Assembly: GCA_964519305.1 (NCBI GenBank) | Contig: CAZFHY010000015.1 | Location: 32,001 to 96,000 of the forward strand | Origin: Candidatus Undinarchaeota archaeon | Lineage (GTDB): Archaea; SpSt-1190; JASMDC01 | Length of the DNA: 64,000 bases | Direction: 5' to 3' | In this document: piece after piece, positions 45,961 to 55,343 of the stretch | Position numbering within the stretch: position 1 is the stretch's first letter | Layout of the letters: each line of letters opens with the position of its first letter | The notes under the pieces: generated by a model | What the model was told of the DNA's origin: nothing | Database searches by the model: none | The model's input: only the letters and a program-made list of their open reading frames with translations | Program-made: the position numbers and the translations under genes

Positions 45961-46374
45961 CTAGTCCTTCTTGTTCTGCTCTATGAACTTCACGTACGCT
46001 GCGGCGTTCATCATACCGGCCTTCTCTGAGGGGTAGTCATCCGCGCTGATGATGAACAGCCAGCCCTTCTCGAAGGGCGACTCGTTGACCACCTGGGGCT
46101 CATCCTCAACGGCATCGTTGGTCTTGACTATCTCACCTGAGAGGGGTGCGAACACGTCGGCCACCGCCTTGACGGACTCGAGCTGGAGGATAACGTCGCC
46201 CTTCTTGAACGCGCTACCCTCGTCGGGAACGTCGACGAACGCTATGTCACCCAGTTCCGACTGGGCGAAGTCGGTGATACCCACCATGAATCCTTCGGGG
46301 ACCTGCTTGATCCACTCGTGCTCCTTGGTGTACAGGAGGTCGTCAGGGACCTCGAACTTTCCCAATGCCTTCAT
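45961..46374 (-). CDS. gcvH: Glycine cleavage system H protein
   Basis: YTKEHEW, GITDFAQSELGD, lipoyl site ESVKA. Start corrected to ATG 46374 (AAGGAGG RBS). Confidence 0.96.
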   Translation of the reverse strand: MKALGKFEVPDDLLYTKEHEWIKQVPEGFMVGITDFAQSELGDIAFVDVPDEGSAFKKGDVILQLESVKAVADVFAPLSGEIVKTNDAVEDEPQVVNESPFEKGWLFIISADDYPSEKAGMMNAAAYVKFIEQNKKD

Positions 46375-46585
46375 GCTCTCTGCCTCCTTTATCCCGGGCC
46401 CGGCAGGTCCCGAGTTACACCGCCCACCACCGGGCCGGTTAATATAAACCTTTGGCCGGCCGTGGCATGTGGTCACAGTACCCGCGCCCCATCCGTTTTA
46501 TTTTTAAACGCCGGACCGGTGGCGCCGCCCGGGACGGAGAGCGTTCGCCATGACCTGACCGTCCCACCGCCTGGAGGCACATACC

Positions 46586-48676
46586 ATGTCAGACGAGCAC
46601 GAGTCGTACCGCATCGCGGGCCATCCGATACTGCCTGCCGAAGAGCGAGGGGAGGTGAGCTTCACATGGCAGGGACGTCCCTTGAAGGCCATGGAGGACG
46701 AGACTATCTCATCAGCTCTCTTCGCCAATGGCGTGCGGACGTTCGGCCACCACCACAAGGATGGAGCCCCCCAGGGCATCTTCTGCGCTAACGGCCAGTG
46801 TTCCCAGTGCATGGTGATCGCGGACGATCTCCCCGTGAAGTCCTGCATGGTGCCGGTCACCGATGGTATGACGGTGGAACCCGTGGAAGGCCACCCGGAG
46901 CTCCCTCCGGCAGACGCGGTCCCGTCCATGAGCGACATTCCCGTCATCGAGCGCGAGGTGCTCATAATCGGCGGTGGTCCTGCGGGCCTTGCAGCTGCCA
47001 TCGAACTGGGAAAGGTCGGGATGAACGTCCTGCTGGTCGACGACAAGGACCGGCTGGGCGGGAAGCTCGTGCTACAGACCCACAAGTTCTTCGGGAGCAT
47101 CGACGCCTGCTACGCGGGCATGCGCGGCATCGACATCGCCGCCAAGCTCGAGGAGAAGATGACCAAGCACGAGACCGTCGAGTGCTGGACAGGCACAAAC
47201 GCCGTGGGCGTTTTCACCGATGGTCTAGTAGGTGTACTGAAAGGTGACGAGTACGTGCTCGTCCGACCCGAAGTGCTCCTCGTAGCCACAGGTGCCCGGG
47301 AGCGGTCGCTCGCTTTCAAGGGCAACACCCTCCCTGGTGTTTACGGTGCTGGCGCGTTCCAGACGCTCGTGAACCGCGACCTGGTACGTGCCGCAGAGCG
47401 TGTGTTCATCGTCGGTGGCGGGAACGTAGGCCTCATCGGCGGCTACCACGCGCTCCAGGCAGGCATCGAGGTGGCGGGCCTGTGCGAAGCCCTGCCCGAG
47501 TGCGGCGGCTACAAGGTCCACCGCGACAAGCTCGAGCGACTGGGCGTCCCCATCCACACCTCCCACACGATCGTGAGCGCCAACGGCACCGACACCGTGG
47601 AGTCGGTGACCATCGCCGAGATCGGACCGGACTGGCAGCCCGTGCCAGGGACGGAGCGGACGTTCGCCTGTGATACCCTACTGGTGGCCGTGGGCCTGGA
47701 CCCGGTGGACGAGTTCGTCGCCAAGGCACGCGAGTGTGGCATCACCGTGTACGCAGCCGGCGACGCCGACGAGGTCGCTGAGGCCTCCGCCGCCATATTC
47801 TCAGGCCGCATCACCGGCATCGAGATCGCCAAGGCACAGGGCAAGGACGTCGATGAGGTGCCCGCCGACTGGATCGTCACCCGCGACGTGCTCAAGTCCA
47901 AACCGGGCCAGGTGCACCCGCGACAGGCGCTGGGGATGGAGGCGGGAGTCTATCCGGTGTTCCACTGCCATCAGGAGATCCCGTGCAATCCCTGCACCTC
48001 GGTGTGCCCCAAGGAGGCCATCGAGATCGGCGACGACATCCGCGGTATCCCGCGGTACACCGGTGTTGAGCAGGGCAAGGAATGCTTGGGCTGTGGAAAG
48101 TGCGTTGCCATATGCCCGGGATTGGCCGTCACCCTGGTCGACCACCGCAAGTATCTCGACACCCCCGTAGTGACCCTGGCACACGAGTTCCACGCCGACT
48201 CCATCGAGACTGGCGACACCGTGATCGCCGTGGGCGCTGACAACGAGGACCTTGGTATGGCCGACGTCGTGGACGTGCGCGCCGGCCGTGTGTGGAACCG
48301 CACCCTACTAGTACAGGTGAAGGTCGACAAGGCCATCGCCGGTGATATAGTGGGGGTCCGCATCCAGCACCCTGACGTCTCCAAGGCCATGGACAAGCCC
48401 GTGGCGCGCATCGAGGACGATGTCATCGTGTGCCGATGCGAGCGGATCACCGCTGGCGAGGTCCGACGGCTCGTACGTGAGGGAGCAAGGGACATGAACG
48501 AGATCAAGGCAGTCAGCCGGGCCGGGATGGGCGCGTGCGGCGGTAAGACCTGCTCGACACTCATCCAGCGCATCTTCCGTGAGGAGGGTGTCGATCCCGG
48601 GAACGTGGTCCCTGGAGTTGACCGACCCCTCTTCGTCGAGGTGCCCCTGGGCGCTTTCTGTGGAGGTGATGAATGA
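46586..48676 (+). CDS. Sarcosine oxidase/L-proline dehydrogenase alpha-like fusion (2Fe-2S + FAD/NAD(P) oxidoreductase + 2x4Fe-4S + BFD-like 2Fe-2S)
   Basis: CANGQCSQC, IIGGGPAG, ATGARE, VGGGNVG, CNPCTSVCP, CLGCGKCVAICP, CRCE...GMGACGGKTC...RP. Confidence 0.9.
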   Translation: MSDEHESYRIAGHPILPAEERGEVSFTWQGRPLKAMEDETISSALFANGVRTFGHHHKDGAPQGIFCANGQCSQCMVIADDLPVKSCMVPVTDGMTVEPVEGHPELPPADAVPSMSDIPVIEREVLIIGGGPAGLAAAIELGKVGMNVLLVDDKDRLGGKLVLQTHKFFGSIDACYAGMRGIDIAAKLEEKMTKHETVECWTGTNAVGVFTDGLVGVLKGDEYVLVRPEVLLVATGARERSLAFKGNTLPGVYGAGAFQTLVNRDLVRAAERVFIVGGGNVGLIGGYHALQAGIEVAGLCEALPECGGYKVHRDKLERLGVPIHTSHTIVSANGTDTVESVTIAEIGPDWQPVPGTERTFACDTLLVAVGLDPVDEFVAKARECGITVYAAGDADEVAEASAAIFSGRITGIEIAKAQGKDVDEVPADWIVTRDVLKSKPGQVHPRQALGMEAGVYPVFHCHQEIPCNPCTSVCPKEAIEIGDDIRGIPRYTGVEQGKECLGCGKCVAICPGLAVTLVDHRKYLDTPVVTLAHEFHADSIETGDTVIAVGADNEDLGMADVVDVRAGRVWNRTLLVQVKVDKAIAGDIVGVRIQHPDVSKAMDKPVARIEDDVIVCRCERITAGEVRRLVREGARDMNEIKAVSRAGMGACGGKTCSTLIQRIFREEGVDPGNVVPGVDRPLFVEVPLGAFCGGDE

Positions 48677-49830
48677 TGGCCGACAGGTATGACGTCATCG
48701 TCATCGGTGCAGGCAGCATTGGGACCCCAGCCGCGATGGAGCTGGCGGACGCAGGGCTCTCGACCTTGGTCATCGACGCCGGGGCCAGTGTAGGCCAGGG
48801 CGCCAACAAGGCCGCCATCGGCGGTGTGCGGGCCACCCACTCTGAGAAAGGGAAGATCGCCGTGTGCCAGCGCAGCCTGGACATCCTCTCCTCCTGGAAG
48901 GAGAAGCACGGTCACGACATCGAGTGGCGCCAGGGCGGGTACTCGTTCGTAGCGTACCGTGAGAATGAGGAGACCACGCTCAAGGAGCTGCTGAAGGTGC
49001 AGCGCGCCTTCGGGCTTGACATCGACTGGCTCGAGCGCGACGACCTGCTCGAGCGCATCCCTTCGCTCAACCGGGACGGGCTGGTGGGCGGGACCTTCTC
49101 GCCGGGGGACGGGAGCGTGTCCCCGCTGTTAGCGGTGCACGCGTTCTATGACCGGGCACGTGAGCTGGGAGCGACGTTCCGTTTCCGCGAGAATGTGACC
49201 GGCATTGACGTCAAGGACGGCGCGGTGAAGGCCGTGACGACGGACAAAGGCACCTACCGGACCGACTGCATCGTGAACGCGGCAGGAGCTACAGCAACTG
49301 TGGTAGCGAAGCTCGCTGGCGTCGATGTGTCGGTGCGACCGGACTGCCACGAGGCAGGCATAACCGAGCCCGTAGCGCGTTTCATGGAGCCCATGGTTGT
49401 GGACATCCGCCCCGGCCCGGGTTCTGCGAACTTCTACTTCTATCAGCACGGGACAGGACAGGTGATATTCTGCATCACGCCCAGACCAAACATCTGGGGC
49501 GACGACCGGCGGGCGACCAGCGCGTTCCTGCCCATGGTCGCGAAGCGCATGGTGGAAGTGATGCCGCGACTGGCGAACCTGAAGGTGCGCCGTACCTGGC
49601 GCGGTCTCTACCCCATGACCCCGGACGGGCTGCCTATAGTTGGGTGTGCAGAGGACGTGGAGGGCTACGTCAACGCCGTGGGGATGTGCGGTCAGGGGCT
49701 CATGCTGGGCCCGGGTCTGGCCACGTTCATGCCCGGGCTGGTCAGAGGCGACCTCTCATGCGAGGACCGCGACCTGCTCGCGGGCTGGCACCCCTGCCGG
49801 GACTTCTCCTGCGAGGAGAAGCTCAAGTAG
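48673..49830 (+). CDS. FAD-dependent amino-acid oxidoreductase (sarcosine oxidase/proline dehydrogenase beta-like)
   Basis: VIVIGAGSIG, IVNAAG, RTWRGLYPMTPDGLPIVG, GMCGQGLMLGP. Confidence 0.9.
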   Translation: MMADRYDVIVIGAGSIGTPAAMELADAGLSTLVIDAGASVGQGANKAAIGGVRATHSEKGKIAVCQRSLDILSSWKEKHGHDIEWRQGGYSFVAYRENEETTLKELLKVQRAFGLDIDWLERDDLLERIPSLNRDGLVGGTFSPGDGSVSPLLAVHAFYDRARELGATFRFRENVTGIDVKDGAVKAVTTDKGTYRTDCIVNAAGATATVVAKLAGVDVSVRPDCHEAGITEPVARFMEPMVVDIRPGPGSANFYFYQHGTGQVIFCITPRPNIWGDDRRATSAFLPMVAKRMVEVMPRLANLKVRRTWRGLYPMTPDGLPIVGCAEDVEGYVNAVGMCGQGLMLGPGLATFMPGLVRGDLSCEDRDLLAGWHPCRDFSCEEKLK

Positions 49831-49833
49831 GGA

Positions 49834-52800
49834 CTACTTGCCGCCGCTACCGCCCATGGCCCATGCCAGCACGATCAGCAGCACCACGATGACCGCCAGG
49901 GTCCGCGGGTCCAGGAACCAGTCTACAGGCTCCTTGGGCTCGCACACGTAGTTTAGAACATCGCACTTGTCTGTCATCGGGCAGTCCAGTGGACCGGCAC
50001 AGCAGATCTTCCCATCAGCGCAGCATATGCCGTTGCGGCAGTTGCCGCTCTCGCACTCGTCACGCTTCGTGCACGGATCACCGTCCTCGCCGAGAGCACC
50101 CGGCGGACGCGGGGTCGCCGTGACGCTGGGGCCGGGAGTTGCCGTAGGCCTCCCTGTGACAGAAGGTCCAAGTGTGCCGCTGGGCCGAGGGGTCGAAGTG
50201 GGCCGCACTGTTGCCGTAGGCCGGGGCGTGGCGGTAGGCTGCACCGTCACAGTCGGCACGACCGTCATGGTAGGTCTGGGCGTCAGTGTGGCACTACCGC
50301 CGATGCACACCTCGAAACTGATCACGTAGAGGTAGATGGCCGGAGATTCCGGGTTGCGCCGCATGTTCGCCTGCACCTTGAGGACGTGCTCGCCGTCCTT
50401 GAGGTCGTTGGCGACCATCACGTCGAGAGCAGTGGCGTCGTCGGCGTAGGTGTCGACCTCCTTCACCTTCACTCCATCGATTAGGAGATCGGCGAAACCC
50501 GATCGGCCGGCGAGGAACCGTACTGAGATGCCCGTGCCCTTGAACGGGAACTCCAGCCACTCCTTGTTATTGCCGGGCGTGAACAGCATCTCCGTGCCGA
50601 CACCATCGACCCCATACTTCCCTTGGGTCCAGCCCGGTTCCTTGGTATGCTCCTCGCGCCAGGCAGAGACGGCGACCACTCCTTTCTCGATGGCCTGAAC
50701 CGTGGTGCAGCTGACGCCGGGTCCGGGCGTGATGGAGGGCACCGGTGTCGTCGAAGGCACGGGTGTGACCGTCGGGATGGGTGTTGGTGAGGGGATGGGC
50801 GTCACCAGGGGTGAACATTCCTCGAAGGTCGCCGCGCAGCTCCCGTCCCGGCACCGCACGGGCTTCGCCTCGGGGCAACCACCGGCACCACCGCAACCAG
50901 CGATGGTGGCAACGCACGAGCCGTCGGGGCACACAACGGGTTCATCACCGATGCATTTGCTGGGCGGTTTGCCCTCGCATTCCTCGTCGCTTCCGGCACA
51001 GGAACCCTCGTGACAGAGCACGGGAGTATCCCCCGAGCACGGCGAGATAAGGCACAGGTCGCTTGTGGAGCACACGGCTGTACCGCAGCATGCGCGCACG
51101 TCGGCGCAGTCGACAAGACCGTTACCGTCATTGTCGCTACCGTCGTCGCACACTTCCACAGCCGGGCAGAGTGCCGTGCCACGACACGTTCCGGGACCGC
51201 AGCAGTCGGCGTCCTCGCAGTCGATCAGGCCATCGCAGTCGTCGTCCTTCCCATCGCCGCAAACGGTCTCGCTCTCACCAGCGGGTGTGCACACAAGCTC
51301 GTCGGCGCAGTAGGTGGACACCTCGTCGAAGGTGAGCCTGAGCGAGTTGGCGGCGTTGGCGCAGAAGTGGCCGCGGCCGCGGTAGTTGGAGCTGGTGACC
51401 ACCAGCGTGTTGCTTTGCGTAAGGATGGACGGGTTCAGGGGTACGATGTACTCGCCAAGGAGCACGTTGTTCTCCCACGCTGCGACCTCTATACCGTTGA
51501 GCGTGGCCGAAGTATCATGAGGCTGCACCGAGCGGCATGCATCGGCGAAGCTCATCACCAGTTCTGCGCTCGCGGCGGTAGTGGGATCGATGTTGGCCGG
51601 GAGCTCGATGGTGACCTGGTAGCTCTTCCGGTTGACGCAGATGAACCCGCGTACCTGGGCCGATACCACGGATCCGCTGGTCGCGGTGACCTTCTCCGCC
51701 CGGTCCCAGAAGGTGGGATCGGTGGGGGGGGTGTACGTGACCGAGGCAGCGGCCTCCTTGGTAGCGCCAGTGGCCGTTAGCGTGGCCGTCGCCGCTCCCG
51801 CGGAACCATCCACGATGGCATGGGCCTTCACAGTGACAGAGTCGCCAGGAGCGATCCGCTGACCCTCGAGACGTGGCACCAGGAACAGCTCCAGCCCGCC
51901 CGTCGTCTCAACGGCGAGGTCGGAGATGATCTCGGTTCCCGTGTTGGTGATTGTGAACTCCTGGAACGTGTCGAGGCAGAGCATGTCCTCGCCCGCGGAC
52001 GAGAGGTCGATGGCCCAGTCGGCCGGTGCGATGGACAGCCCGTAACCGTCCCACGGAGGGAGGGTCAGTGTCAGCGTTGAGGATGCGGTGCTCCCGTCGC
52101 TCGCGGAGAGGGAGAGCGTGTACTCGTACTCGAGCAGGGTGGCGCTGGACGCAGTGACGCCCACGGTGAGCTCGACATGCCCGCCGGCCGGGATGACCAG
52201 CGGTGCCGAGGGCGAACCGGGGCCGATGAACGAGATGGGGAGTTCGTCGGGGCCGGTGACGGTGGCCGTCACCGTGAGGGACTTAACGCCCCCGTTCAGG
52301 ACGATGACCGGGACACGGTTGAACTCGCGTGTGATTGCGACGGTGGCTGCGGTCTTCGCGAACCGGACACCTTGAGCAGCGGCCTCTCCGGTCACCAGCA
52401 CGTTGTCGAACCGGGCGTTCTCCTGGGCGTAGCATTCGAGACCGATGGTACCCCAGCTGAGGTCGGCGTCCGTCCTCTGGAACCGGAAGTCACCGTTCAC
52501 GTATACGACCAGTTGGTCCCCCTTGACATCCACCTTGATACGGTAGCGCTTGGTCGGTTCATAGCGGGTGACATCTGTATTTGAGTTGAGCACGGTGAGC
52601 TCGCCGTCGATCCACTTCTCCAGGCGCATGAAGGGCCCCTCGCTGGACTCGTCGCCCACCCAGAGGAAACGGTAGAAGTTGTTCTCGTCCTGGTAGCGGA
52701 ACCGTACACCGATACCGTCGTCGTCGCCGGGGATGACATCGAACTGGACGATGTAATCGCCCCAACCGAAACCAGAGTCCACGGTGACGTACGTGGTACC

Positions 52801-54249
52801 GTAGGTGCCGGATTCTATGCCCTCGGTACCGGTAAAATCGTTGCTCTGCTGGAGGAGCTTCCCGTCCGACTCTTTCCAGCTGCCTGCGAGCTCGCTCACG
52901 GTCCAGCCGGCCATCCCATCCTCGACACTGAAGTCGTCGAAGAACAGGTAAGTGTCAGGGAGGTCGATCCCGGCATCGAGCGCGATGTTGAGCGTGGCGC
53001 TGCCATCCCCGATTAGGTCCACGGTCCCGGTCCTTGTGGAGTAACCGCTCTTGGATGCTGTGATGGCGGCCATGCCCGCGGGAACGTCCTCGAGCGTATA
53101 GGTGCCGTCCACTGCCGTGGTCGTTGTCACGACGCCCCCGGCGCCGGACACCGTGGCGGCCTCGATGGGAGTGCCCTCGTCCGCGTCCGTCACGGTCCCC
53201 GAGATGGTCCCGGTGTACTTGGAATCACCTGGATTGATGAGCAGGCGTACGAAATCGATGGCGTACCCGTCACCCTTACCTGTTGTGGGATCGTCGATAT
53301 AGATGATAAGGTTGCCCGAGGCAACGTCTTGCAGGAACGCAGTGGGCACCTGGACGGTGATGAGCTTGCCGATGGGACCTGTCTGTGAGACCGAGTTGAT
53401 GACGCTCTCGAGGAAAGCGGCCCGCTTGTTGTTGATGGTGACCTGGAAGCTCGAGCCCCAGTAGGGAGCCTGGAAGTCGTCGATGAAGATCTGGAGCGTG
53501 GCCGATGTGACCGTGACGCTGCCAAGGTCGTAGGCGAGGGTGATGGGCTCGGGCTTGTTGGTCCACCGGTTGTTGGAGTAACCATCACTGTACTGGGTGG
53601 CACCGGTGGGGATGGCGATGCGGTCGGTCCCTGCGGGATCGTCCTCTTCTGGATCGAAGGGATAAGAATGGGCGGATGTGGAGAGCCCGCTGAACACGTC
53701 GAAGCCGTCAGGCCAGCCGAACCCGAGGTTATCAATGTCGCCCACCAGTACAATGAGCTCTGCCTCGCTCAACGGCTCGGGGGTGGGCTCAGGCGTTGGT
53801 TCAGGTGTGGGCGTGGCAGCGCCGCCCTGCTCGTATACCCACTTGAACTTCACTAGATTCTCGGTTAGCGAGTATATCTCGAGCTTCACGTACTTGCCGT
53901 CAGAGGTCTTGATCCAGTAGATGTGACCGTTCCCGGCGCCCGCCTCGGAGACAAAGGACTCGTCAGCAGGTCGCTGTATGAGGTCGCCGATGGTACCGAT
54001 CCCCGCTTCATAGACGCCGGCGCCCTCGCTGGAGGCACGCAAAAGGCCGTTGGCAAAATCCAGGGATGCGTCCCCTGTAGGATATGGTTCTTCTCCCCAG
54101 GACTCGACCTTGGCCAAATCGAAGCTGTAGACCTGGCCGGTCTCGAAATGCGATCCCATGGCAACGCTGATGATCGCCGTGGCGCTTGAGGTCACGAGGC
54201 CGAAGACGACGGCAATCGTGAATACGATATTGCGGATCTTCTTGTCCAT
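49834..54249 (-). CDS. 1471-aa membrane-anchored mosaic surface protein
   Basis: Signal peptide, PT linkers, carboxypeptidase-regulatory-like (GTISGTVTDA...DGTYTL), LamG/TSP-C-like (DDDGIGVRFRYQDENNFY), CxDGxD[DN]DxxGL[IV]DCxD repeats, Cx[DE]GSC repeats, galactose-binding-like domain, C-terminal TM. Confidence 0.85.
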   Translation of the reverse strand: MDKKIRNIVFTIAVVFGLVTSSATAIISVAMGSHFETGQVYSFDLAKVESWGEEPYPTGDASLDFANGLLRASSEGAGVYEAGIGTIGDLIQRPADESFVSEAGAGNGHIYWIKTSDGKYVKLEIYSLTENLVKFKWVYEQGGAATPTPEPTPEPTPEPLSEAELIVLVGDIDNLGFGWPDGFDVFSGLSTSAHSYPFDPEEDDPAGTDRIAIPTGATQYSDGYSNNRWTNKPEPITLAYDLGSVTVTSATLQIFIDDFQAPYWGSSFQVTINNKRAAFLESVINSVSQTGPIGKLITVQVPTAFLQDVASGNLIIYIDDPTTGKGDGYAIDFVRLLINPGDSKYTGTISGTVTDADEGTPIEAATVSGAGGVVTTTTAVDGTYTLEDVPAGMAAITASKSGYSTRTGTVDLIGDGSATLNIALDAGIDLPDTYLFFDDFSVEDGMAGWTVSELAGSWKESDGKLLQQSNDFTGTEGIESGTYGTTYVTVDSGFGWGDYIVQFDVIPGDDDGIGVRFRYQDENNFYRFLWVGDESSEGPFMRLEKWIDGELTVLNSNTDVTRYEPTKRYRIKVDVKGDQLVVYVNGDFRFQRTDADLSWGTIGLECYAQENARFDNVLVTGEAAAQGVRFAKTAATVAITREFNRVPVIVLNGGVKSLTVTATVTGPDELPISFIGPGSPSAPLVIPAGGHVELTVGVTASSATLLEYEYTLSLSASDGSTASSTLTLTLPPWDGYGLSIAPADWAIDLSSAGEDMLCLDTFQEFTITNTGTEIISDLAVETTGGLELFLVPRLEGQRIAPGDSVTVKAHAIVDGSAGAATATLTATGATKEAAASVTYTPPTDPTFWDRAEKVTATSGSVVSAQVRGFICVNRKSYQVTIELPANIDPTTAASAELVMSFADACRSVQPHDTSATLNGIEVAAWENNVLLGEYIVPLNPSILTQSNTLVVTSSNYRGRGHFCANAANSLRLTFDEVSTYCADELVCTPAGESETVCGDGKDDDCDGLIDCEDADCCGPGTCRGTALCPAVEVCDDGSDNDGNGLVDCADVRACCGTAVCSTSDLCLISPCSGDTPVLCHEGSCAGSDEECEGKPPSKCIGDEPVVCPDGSCVATIAGCGGAGGCPEAKPVRCRDGSCAATFEECSPLVTPIPSPTPIPTVTPVPSTTPVPSITPGPGVSCTTVQAIEKGVVAVSAWREEHTKEPGWTQGKYGVDGVGTEMLFTPGNNKEWLEFPFKGTGISVRFLAGRSGFADLLIDGVKVKEVDTYADDATALDVMVANDLKDGEHVLKVQANMRRNPESPAIYLYVISFEVCIGGSATLTPRPTMTVVPTVTVQPTATPRPTATVRPTSTPRPSGTLGPSVTGRPTATPGPSVTATPRPPGALGEDGDPCTKRDECESGNCRNGICCADGKICCAGPLDCPMTDKCDVLNYVCEPKEPVDWFLDPRTLAVIVVLLIVLAWAMGGSGGK

Positions 54250-54415
54250 TGTATCTCAACTCCTTATCACGTGAAGAGGACGTTGGAGGCCGGAGCGATC
54301 TCTCATTGTTAAATGTTACTTTCGGCCTCGTCAGTCAGCTGCTCTCTCGCAAAGAGCGTTTCTCGCATAAGAGCGGACCTGAGGATGGTATAAATAGGTA
54401 TCTATGGGGCCGCGG

Positions 54416-55282
54416 TCACGCAGCGCCGTTAATGGCCTTATCGAACACGCCTTCCAGGCCGTCCTTCTCGAAGGTGCGGGAGAAGTCCCAGTAACCGTCG
54501 GCGTACTCGCGCTTGGCATGGACGCGGATCGTGTCCATGCGCTCCTTGTAGAGGTCATGCATCTCCTTTGTGCCCTGCTCGGCCAGGACCTCACCCTCCA
54601 TCACCAGGGCGAAGCCCTCCTTGAGACGGCTTGCCGGGTTGGGTATGTAATCGGCCTCATCTATCGTGAAGGGCCAGGGCGCCTCGCGGATCTTGTCGTG
54701 GAGGTGGTGCATGGCCTCGTGGACCATGATGCCCTGGAGCTGGGCCGAGCGGGTATAGCCCTCGTACGCGGTGCCTTCTAGCACATCGTTGTCGGTGGGG
54801 AGCGTGCCGTAGTCTCCCACCTTGTCCTCTATCGTCATACGGACCGGTTTGGAGTCGTAACAACCGTTGTAGCGGCCGGTGGTGGGTGTCACCTCCAGCT
54901 TGTCCACGGTAAGGTCGTCCATATGCTGGAGGTACTGGGGTGCGTTGTCAGCGAGGTATGAGCGTACGCGCCCCATGGCCTCCTCGAAGTTATGCTCGAC
55001 GAGCTTTCGGTCCGCGGACAGGTAGGTTGCCCGCTGGACTACCTCGTCCTTGTCCTCAATGACCTTGTACACGCCGGGGAGCTTGCGGTCCAGGACACCA
55101 AGGCTCTCCAGGGTGTCACGCTCGGGGCCTTCCTCAAGGGGACCGACGTGGTAGCCGTGCAAGGTGCTCTCACTAGCCTTCTGGTAGATGGAAAGGCCCT
55201 TCTTTCCGACGGCATCGAGAAGTGCTCCCTCAAGGTCCATGTCGGAGGATTCGGTGTACACGTTAAGCACCTCGCGAGGCAA
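54416..55282 (-). CDS. Putative zinc metallopeptidase (HExxH + downstream E)
   Basis: MVHEAMHHLH...LKEGFA. TTG start about 20 bp after the TTTATTAA box. Confidence 0.7.
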   Translation of the reverse strand: MPREVLNVYTESSDMDLEGALLDAVGKKGLSIYQKASESTLHGYHVGPLEEGPERDTLESLGVLDRKLPGVYKVIEDKDEVVQRATYLSADRKLVEHNFEEAMGRVRSYLADNAPQYLQHMDDLTVDKLEVTPTTGRYNGCYDSKPVRMTIEDKVGDYGTLPTDNDVLEGTAYEGYTRSAQLQGIMVHEAMHHLHDKIREAPWPFTIDEADYIPNPASRLKEGFALVMEGEVLAEQGTKEMHDLYKERMDTIRVHAKREYADGYWDFSRTFEKDGLEGVFDKAINGAA

Positions 55283-55295
55283 ATGACCCCTCGCT

Positions 55296-55338
55296 GGTTA
55301 ATAAAGGTTCCCTTTTGTTACCACTCAACAGGGGTAAA
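55296..55338 (-). promoter_or_regulatory. TATA/BRE promoter plus palindromic site 3 (55317-55338)
   Basis: GGTTAATAAAGGTTCCC followed by TTTT and GTTACCACTCAACAGGGGTAAA. Confidence 0.65.
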
Positions 55339-55343
55339 TATAT

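Noticed and set aside
46375-46440. Possible glycine riboswitch or structured leader before gcvH (CCGGCCCGG...CCGGGCCCGG)
   Set aside because: Lacks the GGAGA...CCGAAG...CTCTCAGG core, is too short, and one arm lies upstream of the expected start site given the TATA at about 46445.
50100-50300. Pro/Thr tandem repeats as a diversity-generating or contingency locus
   Set aside because: Degenerate in-frame linker repeats typical of surface proteins; no reverse transcriptase or TR/VR pair.
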